Below, in pieces: positions 24,901 to 36,891 of a stretch of 64,000 bases of DNA. Source of the stretch: Oculina patagonica (Eukaryota); assembly GCF_052425735.1 (NCBI RefSeq), contig NC_135759.1, forward strand, positions 992,001 through 1,056,000, in the 5' to 3' direction. The translations under genes and the position numbers were made by a program. How positions within the stretch are numbered: the first letter of the stretch is position 1; each line of letters starts with the position of its first letter. Below the pieces are notes generated by a model. That model was not told the origin of the DNA. It worked only from the letters and a program-made list of their open reading frames with translations, and ran no database searches.

Positions 24901-26505
24901 ATGAGTTTCCATATTACTTAGGTTTCTGATTGGTTAGAAAACATGCCACGATATTTGAACAATTATTGGCATTTTTTTTCCTTTTAAATTTGAACGAGTC
25001 ATATTTTCATTTTCAACTTTTGCTTACAAACCTCACCCTTTAACTAAAATATTTTTTTTTACCATATTCAATTCTCCCAAGTCTATTTTATCGAATCTTA
25101 GCTATACAAAATGGTTAACACTTGCAGAAGAGTTTGGCACCTCTAGCAAGAAGAAAGAATGCGAAAAGAACTGTCCGGAGCCCTGTGAGCAGGTGGAATA
25201 CAAGACTTCCTTCTCTTACAGTGGACTGCAGAGGGAAGCTTTTATTGAACATCTTCTGTCTTTTCTTAACGGCACTGAGAAATTACCAGTCGATCGAGCG
25301 AACTACAAACCTCTTTTGAAAATGACGAGAGCTGAGAGGGAGAAATTCATAGAGTAAGTGTTATTTGGTTTTTGAGTTGTCCCCGCTCAAAATCAGGTAG
25401 CAGCGGCCAGTCCCTTAGGATGGGATGCTAGCCGATCCTGACGGACTAGCCGTTGCTATCTGATCAACTGAAATCACTGTTGCATAGATGTGCGAGGTTT
25501 TACTGTTACTTTCTCTTTAATGTTTTACCGAATAAAAACAGAACCTATGAAATATGAAAAAAACAACTATAGTTGACTTTGTTTATATGCTAATGCTTGT
25601 TAGACTACCGACTTAGGACATGGTTTACAAACATGTAATTCTAGATCCTTGCTGTATTTTTCCGCAGTGACAACATTGTTTCCTTGGACATCTATTTTGA
25701 AGATCTAAGCTACGACATCATTGAACAGACTCCTTTGTATGAGATCTGGGCACTTATTGGTTAGTACTACTGTTTAATTTGCTCATCGTTTTTATGTGAA
25801 AGGGCAAAATGAAAGGTTACTCTTGTAACCGGCTGTCTTAACATTGTTGCGAAGTCCTATTGCCTTGTTGGTAAAAGCATCTTTTGTTAAATTTTGAGCA
25901 CATATTTTATCCATAGTTGATTTCTTGCTTGAAAGAAACTTTAAATAATAATAATTGACTTAATATACACAAACGGATTACAAATGACTAATAAGAAAAC
26001 GATGCATGGTACAAAAAGTCATGCATGGTACATTTTTGGAAAAGGTTGACCTAAAATTTTAATATTATTGTTTGCAGTCTGTCAAAGTTGTTTAGGGGAG
26101 AGGGGTAGCGTTAATGTCTTGTCTTCTTCAACACCGGCTGCCAAGTTAGTGGCTCGACGGGGTTATTTCCGTTAAGCAACCGCTCAACAGGAAATGTTAG
26201 TAGAGCTGATTTTTGCCAGGTGTACGAAAAAAACGTGTCCAAGAAACGTAAAACTTTTAGATGAGCTGTCTAAGTCATCTTTATCTTGTTTATATTTTCC
26301 ATGCACTTTAGTCATTTATCACTATATATTTAAAGTTAAAACTATTTTTTTCTCTTTTCTATCAGGAAACTTGGGAGGAACTTTTGGTCTTTTCCTGGGA
26401 ATGAGTCTACTGACTGTTCTTGAGTTCCTGGACTTTATTTTCGGAAGAATCTCTCAAATGTTTCATAAGAACCGCAAAGCAAGAACTGTTAATGCGGAGA
26501 ACTGA
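21931..26505 (+). CDS. DEG/ENaC channel subunit copy 4, intact, ~523 aa
   Basis: join(21931-22818,23246-23408,24701-24763,25128-25353,25668-25759,26366-26505) = 1572 nt in frame, all family motifs present. Confidence 0.93.
23651..24313. mobile_element. hAT-type non-autonomous transposon with G-rich TIRs in intron 2 of copy 4
   Basis: 8-bp TSD AAAAATTG at 23643-23650 and 24314-24321. Termini CAGGGGGG...GAGGGGGGAAGA / TCTTCCTCCCCCCTCCCCCCTG. Empty site in copy 6 (~38505, CCTTGAAAAATTGTATA). Confidence 0.85.
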
Positions 26506-27153
26506 GTATCTCAGAGTGTATTGAAATATGTTATTGCTCATACCAGAAACTCATAAGAGGTTGAAACATGTAAAACGCGTTCCAGCGTCTGAATATTCAT
26601 TTTTGCTAAGTATCATATTTGAAAACATGAAGAGTTTGTATGCGTTTTGATACACAATACAACATTTTCGGTCTCGCAGAAAGCTACTTAGCTTGCATTC
26701 CGAAATAAACGACATAAATTTCTCACAGAAACTAAAGAAGTTCATTAAGTGTTTCCAAGTGAAGTTCTCCAGGCTCTGGAAGGGGGGGGGGGAAATTAAA
26801 TTTTGATTTGTTAATTTTTTTCTCCTGCAACGAATGTGGAAACGCTTTGTACGATGCGAATCATAGAGAGTTACTCATGTTGTAACCCTCATTGGTTTCT
26901 GTTTATACGCCGAGCACACTTTATGCACAGAATGATATATATATTTCAGCCTCATGTATTTGGCCATTGCTTAAAACAAGTTGTGTATGTCTAACTAGAT
27001 TGCATCCTATCTTTAAAAAATTGGCGACGAGATGTGATTTGCCAATTATTGAATGCTGTTAAAACAAAATAAACTTGTTATACTGATTACACCTATACAA
27101 TGTCCCGAGTCCTCGGAGGAGGAAGATGGATATATAATATTTCAGTGTTTTAA

Positions 27154-27521
27154 AGGGACACTGTCACCAGTTTCCCTTAAAAAAACTCAAGAGACTAAAG
27201 ACATATGGAATCCACGAAAAGAAGTCCAATTTTTGTTAAAAATCACCATAAAGTACAAGAAGCGATAAACAAGTGATATTATTGTGATGCCATCAGGAAC
27301 TTTAGATCTCAACGTTATTGGCTTTATTTTTCAAGTTTCGTCTTTTTGGACTGAAAAACAAAAAGACATAAAAATTATTATGGTCCCCTTCTTCCTTCAA
27401 CACCAATTTATTTTATGTCTCCATCGTGCTTTACTAGGTGCATTTCATGTAGGAGATGACCTATTCCCCAATTTTAGTACTTTTTACCGAAAAGCATTAA
27501 AATCCCTGTGACAGTGACCCT
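27154..27521. mobile_element. TTAA-flanked MITE (Kolobok-like AG termini)
   Basis: TTAA|AGGGACACTGTCAC...GTGACAGTGACCCT|TTAA. Paralog at 41536-41900. Confidence 0.8.
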
Positions 27522-27574
27522 TTAACAAGGTTAAATCATCCGCCTTTTAAAAATAACTACAAATAATTATAAGC

Positions 27575-27720
27575 TATTTAAAGAAGAAGTTGCTTTCCAG
27601 GAATGCCGTGCCTTTACTTATTTAGTCGACCTTTAAATTGTCAAAGGGACTCTGCTTGTCTTACGAAGGCAGGAAGACTGTTCCATAAGATTGCGCTACT
27701 ATAGGTAATACAATAGTTGT
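27575..27720 (-). mobile_element. Short CR1/L2-type LINE 3' relic
   Basis: Minus strand YSSAILWNSLPAFVRQAESL (LWN.LP C-terminal LINE motif). A duplicate lies at ~41980-42120. Confidence 0.55.
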
Positions 27721-28766
27721 GCGCGGACGATTGTTGTGCCTTTACAGGGCAAAGTGTACGTGATTTGGTGCCACTAGTAGGATATTCAGTTTCAAATGTA
27801 AATATTGTGGTTTTAGAGTCCATTATATTCAAATTACATGAACTCTTTTTAACGTCGTTTCAAGAATGCCTGGATTTTATTAAATGCTTTAGTTTTAATT
27901 TCGTTCCTGAAGGCTTGATCAAATGGTTTTCAGGTTAGTTAAGACAAAAATGAGCCCAAACCAATGACAAGGATGTGATATTTGTTTCCAGTGCATATGT
28001 CAAAAGGATTAACTGTATGATATTAAATTTGGATCAAGTTGCCAGGGAGCTCTACTGAAGCATTGGAATTAAAAAAAAGGAAAGGGAAGCTTGGGGACCG
28101 GCCTGCGACGATCACGATTTAAATGTGGCTCGTGCGAAGAGTTGTTTTCTTTTTTCTTTTTAAAAGAAAAAAAAATATTCTCATAAACATTAATAGTAAA
28201 ATAATAAAACACAATAGTAAAACATAATGAAGCATCGCTCGTGACTTGAGTAAAGTGGGCGGCATGACTTCAGCTTGACATTATTATTATGCACGCACAG
28301 GTTTATTGCTTTTCAATGTTAGATATTGTGAAATGAAGAAGTACGTCCTCGCCAAAATGATTAAATTAATTATTAAATCCGATAAAAAAAATGATATTAA
28401 ATGCTTTAAATGCAACAACGGACTGGAAAACTAAAAAAAAAGATCATCAAGTGAGAATATTACAAATACGGTGTTGGCTCTCGATCTCCGTGTTGAAAAT
28501 ATTGTCTTCAGCCAAAGTACACAAACAGGCTTTTAACGGTAATGCACAGGAAATTATAAAACTTGTTCACCGGTATTTGCATTTCTATATCAGAAAGTAA
28601 ACAAAAGCAATTAAGCAACACTTTCTACATTTTATTACTTTCAAGACAAAAAATAACCCTAAGATTATGAATTTCATTGAACGAAAACGCACGAGCAATT
28701 TTACCACTTTTTAATACAAGCAATTGTATGACGTTACCATAACAACATTACCATAAAGGAGATCAC

Positions 28767-28800
28767 TATAAACGAGACATCTGGTAATTTACAATCAGTT
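28767..28800 (+). promoter_or_regulatory. Candidate TATA + Inr core promoter, conserved upstream of copies 3-7
   Basis: TATAAA at 28767 lies 30 nt before the A of TCAGTT (28797), with CATCTG between. Same arrangement at 15465-15505, 21754-21790 and 36703-36742. TATA is degenerate (TAAAAA) in copy 7 (~43204). Confidence 0.55.
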
Positions 28801-29858
28801 ATCGAAGACAGCGCCCGTGTCGCCATGGATTAAAAGGTCTACCAATTCTAAACGCTTTTGGAAATCACAAAATCAAGCAACGCTCTCGCCTTCTTTAACA
28901 TGCAAGAAAATAGATTGCAAGGAGAACAACAGCAAAGTGCTGGGGGAAATGATCCAAACGTACTCGACCCAAGAACCAGTGGAATCAAAGATAAAGAATC
29001 AGATTCCGACAACTTGGCAATGGAAGGAATAAGATCCTTCGCACAAGACACAACTCTTAATGGGGCTAGGTTTTTGTTCGCTGACAGCTTTTTCAGAAGA
29101 GTGTTTTGGACTCTGGCAATGGTCGCCTGCCTCGGTTACTGCAGTTATCAAGTTTACAACTGTGTGATTGCATTTAAAAAGCGGCCCTTTAACACGAAAA
29201 TAACATCTCACATCAATACAGATGGAAGCGACCTTCCCTTCCCTGCTGTAACACTGTGCAATCTCAATGCCTTCAACGCTCGAAGATACAGGCGATTATT
29301 CTCGAGACCTTCCAACAGAGAGAGAATAGAAAAGAAACTTGAAGACATTCAGTCTCTTTTCTCAAAAAGGTCTAAAGAGATATTAAACGAAGACTTCAAA
29401 AAACGCAATCCAGAGCTTTTTGCTCGCCTAAAAACGGCAAAACATTTAAACAAATACCAAGGGATGCTAAGCCATCAATTAAAAGAAATGATTTTACCAA
29501 GTAGCTCGCAGTTCGAATCATGCTCCATCAATGGAAAGCCCTGCGACGCAAATAACTTTACCAGCTACCTAAGCCCGATGTTTGGAAAGTGCTTCACGTT
29601 TAATTCTGCAGAAGGCGACAATTCACCGTTATTTGCTACGTTGGCGGGTCAAAACAGTGGTTTGAAGATTCGACTGAATATTGAAAGGGATGGCTATATG
29701 CCAAATACTGTAATCCCCTTTGCAGGGCTCGCAATTCTGATACACGATCAAAAAACATTTCCTATCGTGGAAGAGTTTGGCATCAAAATTCAACCAGGTG
29801 TGTCTACACTTTGTGCCATAAAAAGAAGAAAGGTGAGTACAGAAAAGGTTTGATAATA

Positions 29859-30781
29859 CAGTGAATACGCGTGAATAAGAACCTAACATTTTTGGAAACA
29901 GGTTCTTATTTTCTAAAATTGATTTTAAAAGTTTACTTTTGGGAAATAAGTTTGGACAAATCATTACTGTTCATATTAAAAATAAATAAAGGTTAAAAGC
30001 TGTTGAAAATGTTTTCAACAACAACACTTCATTTTTGCTGCAGAACGGTAGTTGGATTCCGATTTTAGTTCTTTCATCAAACCAGTGGACAGGGATTATC
30101 GTCTCCGAACCTCTTGGGTTTTCAAACTCATAAATAACTTCATTTACAAATTTAGCAGGATATCCAGATTTGATGAATGATTGTTTGGTGACTTTAACTT
30201 CTTCGTTCCAATTTGTGGCTATTCGTTTTGCACGGTGTGAGGCTCCTAGAATGCTTAACGAAATGGAAAGTAAAGTTTCAAAAAAGCACATACACCAAAT
30301 GGAATTTTAACTTCTTTATCATTTGTCAAACTCGCAAGATTGAATCAATTTTCAAGCTGAAAGACAAAAACATTCATCCGTCGCACGTCATTTAGAAAGG
30401 CCCATGTATTTGTGGACAAACATCTATGCATTTGGCGAAACAGCTCGCAACCTGGAGGTTCGTGTCAACGAGCATTCAGATGTTAATGGCAGTCGAAGCC
30501 AGCTAAACACATTAAGAATCACCCAAATCACAAGTTTTCGTTTGACGTTCTATCCACCGCTTATTCATGAATGAATAGGAGAATAAAAGAAGCGTTTGTT
30601 ACAAGAATAGGCTGAATACCACTAAAAGTTCTTTTAGGATCAATGTAAATTTTCTTTAGAAAATAAGAACCTATTAAGAACCTAAATTGCCTAAATTTGT
30701 GTTAACTACCATTCATTCATATATAAGAACCTCTTAACGCTAACCTGGAAAAATTAGGTTCTTACTCGCGGGTTCTCACTG
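29859..30781. mobile_element. Tc1/mariner-pogo-type MITE (TA TSD) in intron 1 of copy 5, containing a nested Penelope-like fragment
   Basis: TA|CAGTGAATACGCGTGAATAAGAACCT ... AGGTTCTTACTCGCGGGTTCTCACTG|TA. Empty site GATAATACATG in copy 6 (~37797). The same insertion starts at 44301 in copy 7. Confidence 0.85.
29990..30600. mobile_element. Penelope-like element fragments (RT C-terminus on -, GIY-YIG on +)
   Basis: Minus: SHRAKRIATNWNEE...SGYPAKFV...IQLPFC. Plus: QTRKIESIFKLKDKNIHPSHVI*KG.CICGQ...GETARNLEVRVNEH. Confidence 0.8.
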
Positions 30782-30865
30782 TACATGTATGCATCATGCA
30801 TCCATGCATCCATGCACCCATGCCTGCCTGCATGCATGCGTGCATGCATGCATCCATCTATCCAT

Positions 30866-31281
30866 CGAGAAAGACATTTTTTCAAGAAAGATTGGCAGTT
30901 TGGTATATAATCTTAGCACTTTAGGAAGGAACCTAGCCTTACCTGTAGTTAAAACAGACTACTACCGAAAACGTTTCACTTATACTGGAGTCAAGATCTG
31001 GAATGCATTGCCAGACGATCTGAAATACGAAAAATCCATGAAAGTTTTTAAAAAGAAACTAGAATCTTTCAATCTCCCTGTCGATCTTTAGAATAGTTTG
31101 TAAAAACGTTTGATCCTTTTTTGTTCATAGACATTTATATAGATAATTGTATATTGTAATCTAGTCACTTTTTAATTTAATTAATATATTAATTGACTGC
31201 TTTTGTGAAAAACAAAAGTGCAATTATTTGTAATTTTTGAACAAAGCTACCGTCGTTAAATAAAGTTTTCTATCTATCTAT
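30866..31281 (+). mobile_element. CR1/L2-type LINE 3' end with (CTAT)n tail inserted in the intron-1 microsatellite of copy 5
   Basis: YNL...LALPVVKTDYYRKRFTYTGVKIWNALP...FKKKL, then a 3' UTR ending AAATAAAGTTTTCTATCTATCTAT. Confidence 0.8.
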
Positions 31282-32084
31282 CCATCCATCCATCCATCCA
31301 TCATCCATCCATCCATCCATCTATCCATCCATTCATCCATCCATCTTGCCTGCCGGCCACCAAGCCGGCAAGCCGGGCAGGCAAGTAGGTAGGCGGACTG
31401 GCAGACAGGCAGCCAACCAGCCTGAAAAATCCACAGCCCACCAGCAGGCCAGTCATTGAGTCAGCCAGCTAGCCGGCCATATACAGCTATAATTCCAGAA
31501 AGGTTGTCGGTATAAAGCACAAAAGTGCACGCGACAAAACCGAAAGGTGGTCTGGGTATTCTGTGAAATTTTGCATATTGGCCTAGAGGAAACGAACAAG
31601 TTGGTATTTTTGCAGGTGGAGACTTTGTCTTTCCTTTCAGGAGGAATTTTTTTGTAGCTTTATTATTAGTATTTAGCACGTGCGGTAACCTTTCTCGAAT
31701 AAGCTGTATGTCACATGATTAAAGATGTTGATCAACGCAGCTCGCCAGCGAGTCTACCAGCCACGCTTGACAAAGGTACTTGGGTTGTTTGAATAAAAAT
31801 GCTTTACTGTTATCAAATCACTTTCTTGCAGATAATTAACCTGGAACATCCCTATGCGACCAAATGCACGAGAAGATCCCTTGATGTGTTTAACAGCGAC
31901 TCTTATAGTGCCTATACTAAAGCAGCTTGTCTGTTGAAATGTCGGAATGATTACACTATCAAAACTTGCGGCTGTACTCCACCTAAATTTAAAGGTATGG
32001 CTTCGATTAAAAGCTAGTCCAATGCCATTTAGGAAACTGCAAAAGTAAAGTGGACGTCGTTCTTTAAGACTTAGGAATGTCTGT

Positions 32085-32434
32085 TAAGATGTAATATTTA
32101 TCCTTCACATCGAGTCAAACGTCCAGGCAATTTGTAGTCAGACAATCAAATACCATGGCCCGCTTTTCCCGAAATCCCCTCTCTTGCCCTGAAATGTAAA
32201 ACGCATTCTTGAAACCAGAATTCTCAAATTGTACTTTGTACTTTGAATTCTCAGTATCGTAAGATGTAATATTTATCCTTCACATCGAGTCAAACGTCCA
32301 GGCAATTTGTAGTCAGACAATCAAATACCATGGCTCGCTTTTCCCGAAATCCCCTCTCTTGCCCTGAAATGTGAAACGCATTCTTGAAACCAGAATTCTC
32401 AAATTGTACTTTGTACTTTGAATTCTCAGTATCG
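32085..32434. repeat. Recent 175-bp tandem duplication in intron 2 of copy 5
   Basis: Units start at 32085 and 32260, with only 2 mismatches seen. Single-copy in the paralogous intron of copy 7. Confidence 0.92.
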
Positions 32435-35147
32435 TACAATACATGGTAGTTTTAGACGCAATATGCCCCCCAAAAAATTATCCCGGCAACGCTCCTAGAA
32501 GAATTGTATAAAGTCATGGGTAGGAAAAAACTGCTGGGAGTCGAACTCAAAGATAACTATTTAGATGAAGCTATTGAGTAGCTCTTTCATGTTTTTTGTT
32601 TATCATGCTGTCAAAGTTGATTAACTTTTAATTTTGTGGATAATTCCTAGTGTTGGGCCATTACATTAAAGGTTATAGGCAGATAGGGAAAGGTGGCTCT
32701 TACCTCAAAATCTTGAATTCATCCCAAAGCTCTGTGACAGCGCAACATTTAAGTGGAGTCTTTTTGACAATTATTCTTGTAGCAATCCTGAGCTTTGAAT
32801 TTTAGCATGACCGACTAATGTCACGGGACTGAAGATGTAGATTGTGTCTGTATTATGTTTAATGAAAGCTAGAATTAACCATTGTTTTCTCTTTTTTATA
32901 GCCGACGATTCAGTTCCTATCTGCGCACCGAATGACACAGTTCTCTGTGTTTACCGATCATATGGTATGTCAATCTTTTCTTTCATATACTATGGAGAGT
33001 ACACTTGCGTAGAACCAAACGAAAGCGACCATTTCTGAACAATCAACTAAAGGAAATAATGTTATAAATCAATCAGATATCAGCCAAATGACAATGAGAT
33101 TTCTTTTTACTTCCGAGTGGTCAAAAGATATAGTAGGTTTTCTCTGACCGGATAGAAAACACGCCACGATTTTTAGAGCGCCTTCGAGTTTGAACAAGTA
33201 TTGGGCAATTATTTCTCCTTTTGATGACGGTTTGATCATTTTTTGCTCAATACATGGCATGTCTAATCTAATCACGTATATCTTATCTGTCTCCAAAAGT
33301 CATACTTATCACTCTAACCTTTTCCTTACAGCCCTTTCCTTTCGACTAAAATGATATTTTGCGGGTTTTTTTTCACATTCAGTTCTCCCAGACCTATCTT
33401 ATCAAATCTTAACTATATAAAATAACTTGCTATGGCAGAAAAGTTTGGCGCTTCTAGCAAGAAGAATGAATGCGAGAAGAACTGTCCGGAGCCCTGTGAG
33501 CAGGTGGAATATAAGACTTCCTTCTCTTACAGTGGACTGCAGAGGGAAGTTCTTATTGAACATCTCATGTCTTTCCTTAACGGCACTGAGAAGTTATCAG
33601 TTGATCGAGCGATCTACAAACCTCTTCTGAACATGACGAGAGCTGAGAGGGAGAAATATATAGAGTAAGTGTTATTTGGTTGTTTTGATTTAAATCTGTT
33701 CATAATGATTGACACGTTGGTCCCCAGATTGAGTTGTTGGGTTAGAGGCTTGCTTTGTGTCAACACTTTGCGTTCTTTGGTAAGAATCTTTACGGCTCTC
33801 ACAAAGCCGATATTCCCACTGGCGTTCAATGACTCAACCAGGAACCGGAACTATTAGAACAATCTAACAATTCTTTAAGGGGAATGCGGGCGGGGAAAGG
33901 GTAGGACCTGGGATGGTTCATTCTCCCATCTGAAAGACAAGACGATGCTAGCAAATACCGACGGGATTCATCGTTCGTTAGCTGTGCCATTTCGAACCGA
34001 AGACTCTTTACTTAAATTATGTACTTTCAATGTTTTACAGAACAAAAACAGAACCTATGAAACTTAAAAAAGTACAACTTTAATTGTACTTGTTTGTTTA
34101 TTAATTCTTGTTTGACCATATACACAAGGTTCACAAACATGTGATTCTAGATCCTTGTTGTATTTTTCCGCAGCGACAACATTGTTTCCTTGGACATCTA
34201 TTTTGAAGATCTAAGCTACGACATCATTGAGCAGACTCCTTTGTATGAGATCTGGGCACTGATTGGTAAGTTCTACAATTGTCTGTTCATCTTTTGATGA
34301 CATAGGGCAGAAAAGGAGGAAAGCTCTTTCTTAACTAAGCACAGCTTACTTTGACCATAACGTTTGTAATTCTGCAGGCACCACATTGTTATTATGATGA
34401 AGTCCAGTGTCCTTGTTTTTTGCAAGTGTTCCTTGGCTACGACGTATATCTGGCGTTTTTTTAAGCAAAATAAAGTGCGTCGAAATATATAGACAGCATA
34501 GAAAGCTTTTATTGCTTTTTGGACGCATACGAACAGTGACCTTGACCCAGTTGAGACACTGTCGTGACAGCTGGCATTGAGGATAAGACTGACATCAAGT
34601 AATTAAATACCACACCCTCCCCCTAAACAGTTGGGATAGAGTGCGAACAATAAAATTGGAAAATTAAGTCCAATGTTTTTTTCAAAAACTGCACCATCTA
34701 TTACTTACATCCTTAGAAGAATCTCTCACTTGTTTAATAGGAAACGGAAAACAAAAACCGTTCATTTAGTGAACTAAAGAGTTAACTAAATAAAATATGC
34801 ATTGGTCATACGCAGAGCAAAATAAAAAAAACATATATTGCAGCCTAGTGTATTGTTATTTCTACCTAGACAGCATCCTTCTTTGAAGTGACTTGCAACT
34901 TGTTAAAAACGGTTTAAATAAAATAAAAGTTCCCTTTTTTACTCTAATTCTAGCACTCAGTACAATGTTCACTCCCGCGGCCGGGGAAGAAAAAAGCTTT
35001 TCGTGCTTTTTTCGGGAAAAATGTGCGAGGTTTGGTACCAAAATTTCAATGTAAATATTGTCATTATAATTAAAAAACTCTATTTTTAAGTTGTTTCAAG
35101 GATGCCTTGTTTTTATTTAGTTCTTTAGCTTTGCTTTCCTTCTTTAA

Positions 35148-35723
35148 CCATTATTATGCTAAACCCGAATTTTTCTCGGGATTTGCACGTCAGGAGATTC
35201 ATTTTTTTATGATATGCAACCAATACAGTTCGAATAGGTCTTTCCACACGACTGTCCATTTTGAACATCGACTGCATTCTGACAGAGCTAATTGACAAGA
35301 AAGTGATTAGCTTTTGGTGCAAAATTGGTGGTAAAATAGGCCAATATGCCAGTCCTTGATCAAGGTCTCCTTTCCAGGGTTTTTCCTTGATAAATATCAA
35401 ACCTTTTCAGGCCGGAAGAAAGGATGTACAGAGAAGATTGTAGCGAGAATAAAAAGGCAGAGAAAAACGATGAGGAAAGAAGGAAAGAAGCAAGGAAAAA
35501 CAATCAGAACAGTTCCGCCAACAAGTCCACATTTTGGCTTATGCGCATGCGCCAAAGAAAAATGTTTCACATTTTTACATAAAATCTTCATTAAAATCTT
35601 GCCGTGCAGTGTGAGAAAGTGCATTTCTAGCAAAGTTAAGCGAAATTTAGCACCGTAGCGCCAGAAAAGCAATTTAAAGGTTAAAAAGACGTGTTTTTTT
35701 GAGTAATTTCGCCACTTAAAGAG
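35148..35723. mobile_element. Paralog of the TTAA-flanked element at 20233-20799
   Basis: TTAA|CCATTA...AAAGAG|TTAA, colinear with 20233-20799. Confidence 0.65.
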
Positions 35724-36891
35724 TTAATTCCGTTCCTGGAGGCTTGAGCCAACATAGTTTTCACGTTGGTTGAGTTAAAATCAGCTCAAAACAATGAGAA
35801 CTGCTGGTCATTTTTGTCGGACGTGAGACTGTTTGTCGTCAATCTTTCAAAGGAAATAAAAACAAAAGGGAAAAAGTAAATATTTGATTAACTATAAAAT
35901 GAAAGCAACATGATATTAAATTTTAATGATATGTAGCAGTGCTTATGTCAGAACGGTAATTGGACGTTTTTAAATTTGGAGTTGCCGGGGAGCTGTATGG
36001 AAGCATTGGAATCAATAAAATTATTTTTTTTTCGAGAATGTCTAACATAATCGCAATTTGGAATGCCAAAGTTTTTTTTTAAAAAAATTCTAATGAATAA
36101 TTTTCTCAAAATAATAATAATGAAATACAATCAAACCTCGATAATTTCAACTTGTCATCATTATGCGTGCTAAGATGTATTGTTTCTCAGCATGCAGTAT
36201 TAGTTTTTATTGAAAGAGTCTATTTTTTGAAAATGATTTAATTAAATTTCAAATCCTGAAAGACTTTCGCAAAAAGAATGGTATAAAAAGCTAAACGTCT
36301 CAAATGCAACAGCAAGCAGGAAAACTAAAAAACGTCGTTAGGTACAGCATGGTATTATATTTCTTGTTTTTCATTATTTTCCAGAGCAAGTTTCGAATAA
36401 AAGAAGCATACAAACAGGACTTCAACGTTAATGACAAGGGTATATTAAAAACTGTTCATGAATTTGCATTTCTATATCAAATGGTAAACAAACGTAATAA
36501 AGCTACACTGATCTAAACGACTTTATTTTTGAAAAAGGGGGTTTTCTTTATATTTTATCACTTTCAAGACTAAAAAACCCTAAGATCAAGTTCTCAATGA
36601 ATTTCAATAAACGAAAGCAGAGAAGCAATTTGACAATTTCTGAAATAAGCAATTTTATGACGTTACTTAGAATCGAATCATTTCCATAACTAAAGATTTT
36701 TTTATATAAAAAGACATCTGGTAATCTATAGTCAGTCAGTTTATTAAAGACGGCGCCCGTATCGCCATGGATTAAAAGATCTACCAATTTAATTTTAAAA
36801 CGTTTCTAGAAATCAAAAAAATCACGCAAAGTTCACGCCTACTTTTAAATTTAAGAAAAAATGTCAAGGTGAATAACAGCACAGTGTTGGG

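Larger units (their letters stand above)
28900..34777 (+). pseudogene. DEG/ENaC channel copy 5: chimeric, HG->NG substitution, TM2/exon-6 acceptor deleted
   Basis: Exons 28900-29832, 31832-31994, 32902-32964, 33439-33664, 34174-34265 are in frame. At ~34700, about 150 bp equivalent to copy 3 19674-19822 (acceptor + GNLGG...LEF) is missing, leaving only ILRRISHLFNRKRKTKTVHLVN*. TTLNG replaces TTLHG. Confidence 0.88.
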
